The position numbers and the translations under genes are program-made. From an uncultured Lachnospiraceae bacterium (GTDB lineage: Bacteria > Bacillota > Clostridia > Lachnospirales > Lachnospiraceae), in contig CARHSH010000001.1 in assembly GCA_948989975.1 (NCBI GenBank), positions 18,906 to 82,905 of the forward strand: a DNA stretch of 64,000 nucleotides, in the 5' to 3' direction. Below, one piece after another: positions 29,929-39,753 of the stretch. Numbering within the stretch: the stretch's first letter is position 1; each line of letters begins with the position of its first letter. The notes under the pieces are model-generated. The model did not search any database and was not told the origin of the DNA. It was given only the letters and a program-made list of their open reading frames with translations.

Positions 29929-31782
29929 ATGCCATCTACATTTTTTGGGTTAAATATTGCGTCTTCTGCAATGAACGCATTTCAGATAGCGACAAATACG
30001 ACAGCGAATAATATATCAAATGTACAGACGAAGGGGTACAGCAAGCAAGTGGCGTACCGTGAGGCTTCCGACGCCCTTAGGGTTTACCAGAAGTTTGGAT
30101 GCGCCGGCAGCGGCGTAAAGACGACTTCCATTAAGTCAGTAAGGAATACATACTATGATACAAAATATTGGGAAAATCAGGCGTATGTCGGCCATTATAA
30201 CCAGAAGTTGACCCATTTGCAGCAGATTGAAAATTATTTCGTAGACGAGGGCGCGGCGCAGCCGGGATTTTCCACGATATTTGCCAATATGTTCAATCAG
30301 ATGAATGCGCTGGTGTCGGATGCAGGGAATGAAAACAGGCGTAAGAATTTCATTAGCGAAGCGCAGGTGTTTACGACTTATTTCCATAATGTGGCAAGCG
30401 GGCTTGCGGATATCCAGAAAGACTGTAACGATCAGATTAAAGTCTTTGTGGAAAATATTAATTCCGGCGCGGCGAAAATTGCGGCGCTGACGAAGCAGAT
30501 TAACGAGATAGAGATGCAGGGCGGCACGGCAAATGAGCTGAGGGATCAAAGAGCGCTGGTGTTGGACGGATTATCTGAAATTGTCCCAATTTCCGTAGAA
30601 GAAACTCCGGTGGAAAACAGCAATTTTCCGGGTATGTATGTAGGCGGAACCAATTATGTCGTAAAAGTGGACGGACAGACGATTGTCAGCACATATGAAT
30701 ACCGTTCTTTAAAATGTGTTCCAAGAGAGAATAAAGTGAACCAGTCCGACGTCGAAGGTTTGTATGATGTTGTCTGGCAGGACACCAGAATGGATTTTAA
30801 GATCAGTTCGAAATCCATGGAAGGCACGTTAAAAGCCCTTCTTGAAATCAGGGACGGAAATAACAATGAAAACTTCCAAGGCAATATTAAAACAGTAACG
30901 CCAAAGAGCATAGTAGTGGAACCTTCCACGATGAAGACCATAGAGTCGATGTCAATGGCGGCGGAAGGAATTATCACGATAAAGAATAAAGATTATCATT
31001 ATACCGGATTTAAGGCGGAATTAGACGAAAATGGAAAGATCATTTCATATACGTTTGATTTGGAAGACAGCATTGACGTAGATACGATGAATGCAATCCA
31101 AGGCGCATCTGTAAGAATAGGGGATACGATAGACGCGATGGGGATTCCTTACTATATGAGCCAGATGAATGAATTTATCCGTTCTTTTTCTGAGCGGTTC
31201 AATGCTTACCAGCAGAGCGGCGTGGATTTAAACAACAACCCAATGGGGGCGTTCTTTATTGCGACAAACTATGACGGTAAAGAAATGGATTTTGCAGATC
31301 AAAGCGTAAATACAGACGGCCTGACAGATGGCGCTAAATCCGTAATCACATCGACGTCAAACAGTTATTATCTTTTGACGGCGGCAAATTTCAATGTAGC
31401 GGACGCAAGCGTCCGGGATTCTTCGATTTTCGCTACGGCATCGGATCTTTCTGACGGGAAAATAGACAGAAGCGATATTGTAAAAGCGATGCAGGATCTT
31501 CAAGAGAAGGTCAAAATGTTCCGTGGCGGAAGCGCAAAAGATTTCCTGCATTGTATTTATTCTGATATTTCGATTGATACAAAGAGATCAGAGCTGTTTC
31601 AGGAAAACTTTACGGATATAGCCGCTTCAATTACAAATCAGCGGCTTTCCGTTTCCGGCGTAGACGAAGATGAAGAAGCGTTAGACATTGTAAAATTCCA
31701 GAATGCTTATAATCTGGCTTCACGAATGATCCAGTGTATGTCGGAATTGTACAATAAATTGATTAATGAGACTGGAGTATAG
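29929..31782 (+). CDS. flgK: Flagellar hook-associated protein 1 FlgK (second paralogue)
   Basis: MPSTFFGLNIASSAMNAFQIATNTTANNISNVQTKGYSKQ N-terminus; C-terminus IVKFQNAYNLASRMIQ. Confidence 0.7.
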   Translation: MPSTFFGLNIASSAMNAFQIATNTTANNISNVQTKGYSKQVAYREASDALRVYQKFGCAGSGVKTTSIKSVRNTYYDTKYWENQAYVGHYNQKLTHLQQIENYFVDEGAAQPGFSTIFANMFNQMNALVSDAGNENRRKNFISEAQVFTTYFHNVASGLADIQKDCNDQIKVFVENINSGAAKIAALTKQINEIEMQGGTANELRDQRALVLDGLSEIVPISVEETPVENSNFPGMYVGGTNYVVKVDGQTIVSTYEYRSLKCVPRENKVNQSDVEGLYDVVWQDTRMDFKISSKSMEGTLKALLEIRDGNNNENFQGNIKTVTPKSIVVEPSTMKTIESMSMAAEGIITIKNKDYHYTGFKAELDENGKIISYTFDLEDSIDVDTMNAIQGASVRIGDTIDAMGIPYYMSQMNEFIRSFSERFNAYQQSGVDLNNNPMGAFFIATNYDGKEMDFADQSVNTDGLTDGAKSVITSTSNSYYLLTAANFNVADASVRDSSIFATASDLSDGKIDRSDIVKAMQDLQEKVKMFRGGSAKDFLHCIYSDISIDTKRSELFQENFTDIAASITNQRLSVSGVDEDEEALDIVKFQNAYNLASRMIQCMSELYNKLINETGV

Positions 31783-31823
31783 TCTTTGAAAGAGACTGCA
31801 ATGTATTTACAGGAGGGAATAAT

Positions 31824-33392
31824 ATGAGAATCACCAATAACATGATGATTAATAATACATCGATGAATATCAACAACAATAAAATAAATTTTATGTTCAC
31901 CAATACGCAGATGTCATCGCAAAAGAAAATATCCCGTCCTTCGGACGATCCAGTTATTGCAATCCGGTCTTTGCGGCTTCGTTCTTCTTTGAGCCAGATT
32001 AATCAGTATTGCAAGAAAAACATTCCGGATGCGTGGACGTGGCTTGAGACGACGGAAACGGCATTGACAAATATGAATAAAATTTTGACGGACGTCAAAA
32101 CCCAGTGCAATACAGGAACAAACTCCTACTTAACGCCGGAAGACAGGGATACGATATTAAAGAGCCTGACAGCGTTGCAAAAACAGCTCTATAGTGAAGG
32201 AAATTCCGACAATACGGGACGGAATATCTTTACCGGATATAAAACCAATTCCCAGCTTGCCTTTATGGAAGATGAGAAAGAAACTTCATATGAGATTACG
32301 CAGAAATTTACATATAAAGACATTAATGAATACACCTATTACAGCGGCAATATTGATATGCCGAAAACCGTGACGGAAGTCCAGAATACGGCAAATATCG
32401 GCGACATTGCCAAGGACAGCCATGAGCGTATCCGCTTAGCGTATGACAAGATAGAGGATATGGAAAGCTTCAGCTATAAAACAGACGCCGGAACAGTGAC
32501 GTTTACCAAAAACAATGCCGGCGGCTACGATGCAGTAGATGAAAATGGAAATCCTGTAGCGAATGCGCCAAACGTTACCGTATATGATTCGGAAGAAGAT
32601 TGGGAAGATGCGTTGAACCGGAAAACGATTGGCGATAATGACATTATTATCGTGAAAAATACGGGAGACGTCGTGCTGGGCAAGGAATTAAGCAACGGAT
32701 TAAAGACGAACAAAGCTTCCTTTGAAATAAACTATAAAAAGACAGGGTTTGAAAAAGGAGAGCTGCGTCCGGAATATTATTATAATTGTACGGACGTTAC
32801 GGCAAGCAACCCGAAACCGATTGTCTACACCAAGTATAGGGAAGACGGCTCGAAGGTTTACGAAGACATTAATTACACCATCGCAGTAAACCAGACGTTA
32901 AAAGTCAATATGCACGCAGATGAATTGTTTGACATGAATATTTATCAGGACGTGACAGAGCTGATAGACGCTGTGCAAAATGCGATTGATGCGCATGAAA
33001 AAGTAGACAAATTAAAAGAGATGAAAAACGAAGCGCAGTATGTTGATTGTCAGGAAGAAATCCAACAATGGATAGATGCGGCGCAGAAAGAAGCGGATTA
33101 TGCGGATCACCGCCTGACCGAGCTTTACAGCGCCGGAATCGGTAAATTTGACAAGTATATGGATACGCTTAATAGAGCGATAACGGAAGTTGGCGCAAGG
33201 GGCGAACAGCTTACAATGACGGAAACGAGAATTGGCAACCAGCAGCTTACCGTAGAAGACTTAAAATCCACAAATGAAGATGAGGAAATTTCCAATATTA
33301 TTATAAATTACACTGCGGCATATAACGCGTACCAAGCATCGCTTATGGCGGCGTCGAAAATTGAGAAGCAGACATTATTGGATTATATTTAA
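31824..33392 (+). CDS. flgL: Flagellar hook-associated protein 3 FlgL (enlarged, 522 aa)
   Basis: MRITNNMM... N-terminus, KKISRPSDDPVIAIRSLRLRSSL motif, flagellin-like C-terminus. Confidence 0.7.
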   Translation: MRITNNMMINNTSMNINNNKINFMFTNTQMSSQKKISRPSDDPVIAIRSLRLRSSLSQINQYCKKNIPDAWTWLETTETALTNMNKILTDVKTQCNTGTNSYLTPEDRDTILKSLTALQKQLYSEGNSDNTGRNIFTGYKTNSQLAFMEDEKETSYEITQKFTYKDINEYTYYSGNIDMPKTVTEVQNTANIGDIAKDSHERIRLAYDKIEDMESFSYKTDAGTVTFTKNNAGGYDAVDENGNPVANAPNVTVYDSEEDWEDALNRKTIGDNDIIIVKNTGDVVLGKELSNGLKTNKASFEINYKKTGFEKGELRPEYYYNCTDVTASNPKPIVYTKYREDGSKVYEDINYTIAVNQTLKVNMHADELFDMNIYQDVTELIDAVQNAIDAHEKVDKLKEMKNEAQYVDCQEEIQQWIDAAQKEADYADHRLTELYSAGIGKFDKYMDTLNRAITEVGARGEQLTMTETRIGNQQLTVEDLKSTNEDEEISNIIINYTAAYNAYQASLMAASKIEKQTLLDYI

Positions 33393-33413
33393 TATAAGAA
33401 ATGAGGGTACAAA

Positions 33414-33863
33414 ATGAAAGCGGATACAAGAATGTTTGGGAAAATTGAGATAGAGGATTCCAAAATAATCACATTAGAACAAGGCATTATCGGATTTCCT
33501 GACATAAAGAATTTTGCGTTGATTTTTGATTCAGACAAAGGGGAGGAAACGGCCATTAAATGGTTTCAGTCTATGGACGATCCGGTGTTTGCCATGCCAG
33601 TCGTAGATCCTTTTCTGTTTGTGGAAGATTATGCGCCGACAATTAGTGACGAGCTTTGCAATTCACTGGGCGGGCTGACCGGCGAAAATTCATTTGTGCT
33701 TACGACTGTAACAGTACCCACTGACATAAAGAAAATTTCCATCAATTTAAAAGCGCCGATTATTATCAATACGGATAATAATCAGGCAGTGCAGTTGATT
33801 GTAGAGGAGGATTATCCCGTAAAATATCAGATTTATGACAAGCTGAAAAAGGAAGGGGAATAG
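33414..33863 (+). CDS. fliW: Flagellar assembly factor FliW
   Basis: 149 aa; FliW-type sequence (GIIGFPDIKNFALI...). Confidence 0.8.
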   Translation: MKADTRMFGKIEIEDSKIITLEQGIIGFPDIKNFALIFDSDKGEETAIKWFQSMDDPVFAMPVVDPFLFVEDYAPTISDELCNSLGGLTGENSFVLTTVTVPTDIKKISINLKAPIIINTDNNQAVQLIVEEDYPVKYQIYDKLKKEGE

Positions 33864-33865
33864 AA

Positions 33866-34081
33866 ATGCTCGCATTGACAAGGCGGAAAGGCGAAGCGCT
33901 GATTATCAACAATAACGTAGAGATTGACATATTAGAGATTCGCGGAGATCAGGTTAAAATCGGCATTTCTGCGCCAAAGGAAGTCCCGATTTACCGCAAA
34001 GAGGTATATTTGCAGATACAAAACGAAAATAAGCAGTCGACAAATACAGATGGAATGGCGGCATTGAAAAAATTATTCTAA
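33866..34081 (+). CDS. csrA: Carbon storage regulator CsrA
   Basis: MLALTRRKGEALIINNNVEIDILEIRGDQVKIGISAPKEVPIYRKEVY; 71 aa. Confidence 0.9.
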   Translation: MLALTRRKGEALIINNNVEIDILEIRGDQVKIGISAPKEVPIYRKEVYLQIQNENKQSTNTDGMAALKKLF

Positions 34082-34148
34082 TAATTTATTGGAAATGTAC
34101 CGATATAGTATACAATAAACAATTTAAAACCATACGGAGGTGGTTGCA

Positions 34149-34580
34149 ATGGCAATAGAAGCAGCATTAATTACGGCCGTGGCAAATCAGGGAGGAAAGC
34201 CGGGACCGAAAGCGCCGCAGAAGAAAGTGGAAATTGCGGAAAAAAGCAATACTGCAGCTATGGCGAAAAGTGAAAAGCGTGTAGCGGACACAAACGCTGC
34301 GGCGCAAAAAGACGAGGGTTCCCCAATACGGATTCAAGAAGAAAATATGCTTCCGCAGGCAGGGACGGAGAGCTTGAAAAAAGCTTTAGAGGAGCTAAAC
34401 AAGAACGTGCATAATTCTGAGATTGCTTTCGGAATCCATGACGCAACCCATCGTGTAACAATCAAAATTATTGACAAAGACACCAAAAAAGTCCTTAAAG
34501 AATACCCGCCTGAGAAAACGCTTGACATGATAGCGAAGGTATGGGAAATGGCAGGGCTGATGGTAGACGAAAAAGGTTAG
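34149..34580 (+). CDS. flaG: FlaG-family flagellar protein
   Basis: C-terminal IAFGIHDATHRVTIKIIDKDTKKVLKEYPPEK is typical of FlaG. The ATG at 34149 follows GGAGG; the track's GTG at 34140 lies within the RBS. Confidence 0.7.
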   Translation: MAIEAALITAVANQGGKPGPKAPQKKVEIAEKSNTAAMAKSEKRVADTNAAAQKDEGSPIRIQEENMLPQAGTESLKKALEELNKNVHNSEIAFGIHDATHRVTIKIIDKDTKKVLKEYPPEKTLDMIAKVWEMAGLMVDEKG

Positions 34581-34592
34581 GAGGAGAAAAAA

Positions 34593-36854
34593 ATGCCAAT
34601 TAGAATCACAGGAATGAATTCAGGATTAGATACAGAAGCGTTAGTTCAGGAACTTGTATCCGCATACCGCAAGAAATCTGAGAAATACACAAAAGCGCAG
34701 ACAAAGCTTTCATGGAAACAAGATGCGTGGAAAGATCTGAATACAAAAATCAATAAATTTTATGGCAATATCAGAAGCTTGAAATATTCATCTGCGTATA
34801 ACTCGAAAAAAGCGACAGTTTCTAATTCAAATAAAGCATCCGTTTCAGTAAAAAGCACAGTCGCTACAGGCACATATTCGTTAAAAATTAACAGTGTGGC
34901 GAAATCCGGTTATCTGACTGGCGCAAAACTGAACAATAATATTAATGAAAACAGTTCCATGGCAGAGTTAGGCTATACGGGCACTGACGGCAGAATCAGC
35001 GTGACAAGCGGCGGCAAGACGACAGATATTGCTATAACCGGCCAGACAAAAGTTTCTGATTTTATTAAATCTTTAAACGATGCCGGAGTAAATGCAAGTT
35101 TTGACTCTGCAAATCATAGAATTTTTATCAGCGCAAAGAAATCCGGCAAAGAAAATGACTTTACATTGACTGGCACGAACTTAAACGGCAATAACGCTTT
35201 ATCAAAATTAGGCTTAAGCGTTGACAGTCAGGCAGAAATGAATATTTATAAAGAATATGCAAAGTATGCGAAAAACACTGCCGGAGGAAGTTATTTTGAG
35301 ATTGATCCCGCGACGGGCGAGATTAAGTTCGATGCAAATGGAAAAGCAATTACTAACGGACAGTACAGCCCGGCAGAGACGCAGAAAAATATTGAAGACA
35401 TAAAAGCGCTGCTTTCCAGCAGTTCAGCGGCAGTTACGAAGGCAAATGTGCAGATTAGTTATGCGAAAGCATATCGGACTGTTCAAGATGTGGATAAGAC
35501 GTCAATGTCGGCGGCTGATAAAGAGCTCTTAAAAGAACTGGGTGGAAAAGGCGATCTGAGCAATGTTTATGTTGGCGCAGATAATACTGTTTATGAAAAG
35601 CAATCAGACGGCACATATGTAAAGAAAGCGGCCGATGGCACAGCGGTTACAGTTACGCAGGCTGAATTAGATGCGGCAGGTGGGGCGGTTTCCGGCAGCA
35701 GCAGGCTTTCCGCTTTAGAGACGGCGGCAGGCGTAACAGGCGCAGAATATGCAGCCGCTCATGCTACGTTAGATCAGTATTCCAGTATGCAGGCAGATTA
35801 TGATTTGAATGATATAGCTGTGGAATACGCAAATGGGACATTGGACACTTACATTGCCACAAAAGGAACAGAACTGAATACAGCGCAGGCAGTGATTAAT
35901 CAGAACAAGCTTCTGATGGAAGATTCCAGCAGCGCCGCAGTTTTCACTACGAAAGTATATAACGCTGCAAGCATTTTAGACGGGACTACAAAATTAGATC
36001 CAAATGCTGGCGCAAAACGTATCTATGGATCAGATACGGAAATTGAGTTAAATGGAGCAGTATTTACCGGAACCGGCAATGAAATCACAGTTAATGGGCT
36101 GACGATTAACGCAATGAATGTGACGGAGCCGGGAGAAACCATTTCCATCGGCGTGACGAATGATTCACAGGGAATGTATGATAAAATTAAGGGCTTCATA
36201 AAAGAATACAATGAAATAATCAATGAAATGACGTCATTGTTTAATGCAGATTCAGCAAAAGGCTATGAACCGCTGACAAAAGATGAAAAAGAAGCAATGA
36301 CGGATAAAGAAATCGAGGAATGGGAGAAAAAGATTAAAGGTTCCATTCTTAGGAGAGATGAAAGCGTAAATCAGATGATGAGCGTAATGAAGAATGCCAT
36401 GTTTAAGACTTATACGGTAAATGGCAAGAATTATTCACTTTCCAGTTTTGGGATTTCTACAATAGGAATCTTAAATGCAACGAAAAATCAAGAAAATGCG
36501 TTCCATATTGACGGAGATTCTGAGGATGCGGAAGTGTCAGGCAAGGAAGATAAGCTTTTGGCGGCATTGCAGGACGATCCGGATTCCGTAGCAGATTTTA
36601 TGATGCAGCTTGCGACGGGCTTATACGATGCAATCGGTACAAAGATGAGTTCTTCCACATTGAGCAGTTTCGGCGTTGTATACAACGACAAAGAAATGGC
36701 TAGGGAATATAGCGATTATACAAAGACAATCAGCAAATGGGAAGAAAAATTAAAAGATATTGAAGAATCTTACTACAAAAAGTTTGCCGCAATGGAATCT
36801 GCGTTGGCAAAATTACAGAGCCAGCAGTCTTCATTGGCGAATCTGTTTGCATAA
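34593..36854 (+). CDS. fliD: Flagellar filament cap protein FliD (enlarged, 753 aa)
   Basis: MPIRITGMNSGLDTEALVQELVSAYR N-terminus; coiled-coil C-terminus. Confidence 0.8.
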   Translation: MPIRITGMNSGLDTEALVQELVSAYRKKSEKYTKAQTKLSWKQDAWKDLNTKINKFYGNIRSLKYSSAYNSKKATVSNSNKASVSVKSTVATGTYSLKINSVAKSGYLTGAKLNNNINENSSMAELGYTGTDGRISVTSGGKTTDIAITGQTKVSDFIKSLNDAGVNASFDSANHRIFISAKKSGKENDFTLTGTNLNGNNALSKLGLSVDSQAEMNIYKEYAKYAKNTAGGSYFEIDPATGEIKFDANGKAITNGQYSPAETQKNIEDIKALLSSSSAAVTKANVQISYAKAYRTVQDVDKTSMSAADKELLKELGGKGDLSNVYVGADNTVYEKQSDGTYVKKAADGTAVTVTQAELDAAGGAVSGSSRLSALETAAGVTGAEYAAAHATLDQYSSMQADYDLNDIAVEYANGTLDTYIATKGTELNTAQAVINQNKLLMEDSSSAAVFTTKVYNAASILDGTTKLDPNAGAKRIYGSDTEIELNGAVFTGTGNEITVNGLTINAMNVTEPGETISIGVTNDSQGMYDKIKGFIKEYNEIINEMTSLFNADSAKGYEPLTKDEKEAMTDKEIEEWEKKIKGSILRRDESVNQMMSVMKNAMFKTYTVNGKNYSLSSFGISTIGILNATKNQENAFHIDGDSEDAEVSGKEDKLLAALQDDPDSVADFMMQLATGLYDAIGTKMSSSTLSSFGVVYNDKEMAREYSDYTKTISKWEEKLKDIEESYYKKFAAMESALAKLQSQQSSLANLFA

Positions 36855-36884
36855 CAGAATGATGTCATTGGACAGGGAGGTTAA

Positions 36885-37283
36885 ATGATGACAAATACCC
36901 ATGGATATACAGCATATGCGAATAACAGGATTATGACAGCTTCACCGGCGGAATTGACTTTAATGCTATACGAAGGCGCGATTAAATTCTGCAACATTGC
37001 GATTGCTGCTATTGAGAAAAGGGATATAGAAAAAGCGCATAACAATATTGTAAAAGTGGAAAATATTATTACTGAGTTTCAATCTACGTTGGATCACAAA
37101 TATCCGGTTGCGAAAGATTTCGATAATGTCTACCGCTATTTGCAAGAGAGGCTTTTAGAAGCGAATTTAAAAAAAGACAAAGAAATCTTAGAAGAAATTC
37201 TAGGGCATCTCCGTACAATGCGTGATACATGGAAAGAAATTATGCAGAAAGCAAATGTAGACGGACGCAAGCATGTATCCTAA
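36885..37283 (+). CDS. fliS: Flagellin-specific export chaperone FliS
   Basis: 132 aa; sequence typical of FliS. Confidence 0.8.
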   Translation: MMTNTHGYTAYANNRIMTASPAELTLMLYEGAIKFCNIAIAAIEKRDIEKAHNNIVKVENIITEFQSTLDHKYPVAKDFDNVYRYLQERLLEANLKKDKEILEEILGHLRTMRDTWKEIMQKANVDGRKHVS

Positions 37284-37324
37284 TGAAATAGACGCAGTTT
37301 TGGCGTTATAGACAGGAGAATGGA

Positions 37325-37801
37325 ATGGAAGCGGATTATATACGGATTATGGCTGAAAGCCTTGAAAAAAAGAAAGATATTTTAGATCGGATCATCGAAT
37401 TAAACCGACAGCAGAAATTTCTATTGCAGGATCCGAATCTTTCGCCGGAAGATTTTGAGCAGAACATGAAATTTAAAGGTGAACTGATAGAACAGTTGAA
37501 TTTTCTGGACGATGGATTTGAGGAGTTGTTTGGGCGTGTGCGTGATGCGTTGAATACGAACCGGCAGCAATATGCAGATGAGATTACGCAGATTCAGGGG
37601 CTGATTCGGGATATTATGACGCGGACTACTGAAATTCAGGCTCAAGAAGCCAGAAACCATGAAAGCGCTGTCAAAAAATTTTCAACTGTACGCAGTCAGG
37701 TGCGCGGCGTTCGCAACAGTCAGAAAGTCGTGAAACAATATTACGATAATATGATGAGCCATCGGAGCGCAGAAGCGCAGACGATTGACAATAAAAAATA
37801 A
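37325..37801 (+). CDS. FliT-like flagellar chaperone (helical, 158 aa)
   Basis: Its position after fliS matches the fliD-fliS-fliT order. It is helical and charged. Confidence 0.4.
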   Translation: MEADYIRIMAESLEKKKDILDRIIELNRQQKFLLQDPNLSPEDFEQNMKFKGELIEQLNFLDDGFEELFGRVRDALNTNRQQYADEITQIQGLIRDIMTRTTEIQAQEARNHESAVKKFSTVRSQVRGVRNSQKVVKQYYDNMMSHRSAEAQTIDNKK

Positions 37802-37803
37802 AA

Positions 37804-37846
37804 AGCTCCCGGATGCGGTTTGCCGTATCTGGGAGTTCTTTTATTT
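37804..37846. terminator. Bidirectional terminator between the late flagellar operon and the convergent GT gene
   Basis: GCTCCCGGATGCGG-TTTG-CCGTATCTGGGAGTTCTTTTATTT. Confidence 0.6.
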
Positions 37847-37939
37847 CTTACAGAATAAATATAATAAGGGAATACAGAGATTTATTGTGACATATTTGCT
37901 TCTATTTCGCTGTAAATCATAGAAGCGTAACAGGTTTCA

Positions 37940-39469
37940 TTAGAGTTTAAGATTTGTCATGCTTAATAATAAATTTCCCATGATTGCCCTGCATTGTATC
38001 GAAAATAATTCGGGAATATGTTCAAGGTTTTCTGTATCTTTACAATGCAAAGAATGTTCAATATAAGGAGAGAGTTCCAATCCGTCCAAATGATTTGAAA
38101 ATTGCTGTTGGAATCTTCTGAAACATTCAGACAGTAAAGCAATTTCCTTTTGGGAAATATGCTCCGTTTGACATAAATCATCAGATGCCAATACCGACAT
38201 TCGATTTAGTTGGTAAATCGCATCTAAAATAAGCGTCTGTTTATCAGGGTATTCAATTTGAAAATCCAGTTCCTCACCTTCCCCGTCTTGGATAAAAGAA
38301 ACATGGAATGTAGTTTCCAGTTCTCTTAACATATCATGCGCGCGGGAATGCCATGTATGGTTCTGTATTTTTTTGTGTCCGTTTTCGGCAATTTGCATCG
38401 CAGTTTGTGGGTTTGCCAGCAAATCTTTGAGGCGGTTTGCAAGTGAATCCAAATCTTTTAAAGAATAAATGATTATATTTTCATTATTCTCAAAATTTTC
38501 GACGATATATTTGCTTTCGTCTGTGACAGCAACTGCTTTGCTTAACATGGCGGAAGCAATTCTTTCCTGAAAGGCGTCTTTAAACCACGGCATTATATTT
38601 AATGAAAGTTTTGCGTTTGCCAAAGCTTTGCAGGCGGCATAAGGGCCTCCTTTATGGATCGTCAGGTTTTGTTTACAGTCAAAGTTAAAATTTTCCCAGC
38701 CATTTCCAAAAACGTCTATTTTTAAGCCGGCGGATAAAAGAGCGCAGAGCGCTTTTTCCCGATAGTAAAAGCGGGCATAAAAATCCACTTTTGTAAAATC
38801 CTCCACTAATTCTTCAAACTCAGCATCACTGACAGAGACATTGTATTTTTTTAAAATTCTGGCAAGGCATTCCGGCAATGTGTATTGTGGGTTTGTAATG
38901 CTGTCTTCCATTAGATCCTCTGCAAATTTTGTTAGTGTGGCGTTGTCTTTGAATTGGTTAAGCAGGTCATTTTTATAGACCTCCGGACTTGTGTAGGTTC
39001 CCGTAAAGATAATGTCTGTCTGGCGGTTTTCATAGGGCGCGCATTCGGGATAAGAGCTTCCCGACAAAGGAATGAAAGCCGCATGTTTTACGCTGGGATA
39101 ATAGCGGAGGATATAGTCGCGGAAATGTTTGTCACAGGCGAATATGACGGTTCGTTCATCCGCTTGGGCATATAGAGTTTTAAAAGCGGAAGGCGGATCG
39201 CAAAGATACGTCACATAGATTGTTTCAGGCGGCAGGCATTTTGTCACATTCCATGAACTGAGGATGCCGTTTACGTCGATTACTGCGTCGAATTGATAAG
39301 TTGAAATAATGTGGTTATATAAAGTGGGCTGTGCGAGAGACCATGCATCTAATACACATGTGTTACAGCCGAATTTTCGCATGGAGCAGGCCCATTCGTC
39401 GATATATCTGTTTAGTGAATTATAACGGGAAACAGTTTTTACTAATAGAATGTTCTTTCGTTTATCCAT
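37940..39469 (-). CDS. CgeB-like / GT-B-fold glycosyltransferase-like protein (flagellar-locus associated)
   Basis: 509 aa; C-terminal half resembles the GT1 C-terminal fold; RBS AAAGGAGAA. Confidence 0.3.
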   Translation of the reverse strand: MDKRKNILLVKTVSRYNSLNRYIDEWACSMRKFGCNTCVLDAWSLAQPTLYNHIISTYQFDAVIDVNGILSSWNVTKCLPPETIYVTYLCDPPSAFKTLYAQADERTVIFACDKHFRDYILRYYPSVKHAAFIPLSGSSYPECAPYENRQTDIIFTGTYTSPEVYKNDLLNQFKDNATLTKFAEDLMEDSITNPQYTLPECLARILKKYNVSVSDAEFEELVEDFTKVDFYARFYYREKALCALLSAGLKIDVFGNGWENFNFDCKQNLTIHKGGPYAACKALANAKLSLNIMPWFKDAFQERIASAMLSKAVAVTDESKYIVENFENNENIIIYSLKDLDSLANRLKDLLANPQTAMQIAENGHKKIQNHTWHSRAHDMLRELETTFHVSFIQDGEGEELDFQIEYPDKQTLILDAIYQLNRMSVLASDDLCQTEHISQKEIALLSECFRRFQQQFSNHLDGLELSPYIEHSLHCKDTENLEHIPELFSIQCRAIMGNLLLSMTNLKL

Positions 39470-39585
39470 TTGAGGTTCTCCTTTTAAATTTATGAAGTAA
39501 AAAATATAAGTTCAATAGCTTCATTATAAGAAAAGAGACTAATTTGCACAAGTTGAAATTTGCTAAAAAAATTTAAAATTTAGGC

Positions 39586-39612
39586 TAAAGTTTTCCAGTA
39601 GAGGGACGATAT
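39586..39612 (+). promoter_or_regulatory. Sigma28-type promoter for flagellin 1 (TAAA-N15-GACGATAT)
   Basis: One mismatch to TAAA-N15-GCCGATAT. Confidence 0.55.
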
Positions 39613-39712
39613 ATAATGTGAGTAAACAAAAACAATATTGTTACTTACTGACACAGTTCCAAATGAAGCGTACGGTCATTGGGGATTGCGTCGTATAGCA
39701 AATCAAAATTAT

Positions 39713-39744
39713 GCAGCAAGGAAGCTGCAGTAAATTCAAGGAGG
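39713..39744 (+). promoter_or_regulatory. CsrA-binding leader elements: BS1 hairpin GCAGC-AAGGAA-GCTGC and BS2 AAGGAGG overlapping the SD
   Basis: A GGA in a hairpin loop plus a GGA in the SD, matching the B. subtilis hag CsrA-site architecture. fliW and csrA are in the same window. Confidence 0.5.
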
Positions 39745-39753
39745 AAAAATATT

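Noticed and set aside
39679-39753. Upstream in-frame extension of flagellin ORF 1 (and 41046..41087 for copy 2)
   Set aside because: The canonical flagellin N-terminus MAMVVQ with a perfect SD lies downstream; the extension overlaps the sigma28 promoter and leader.
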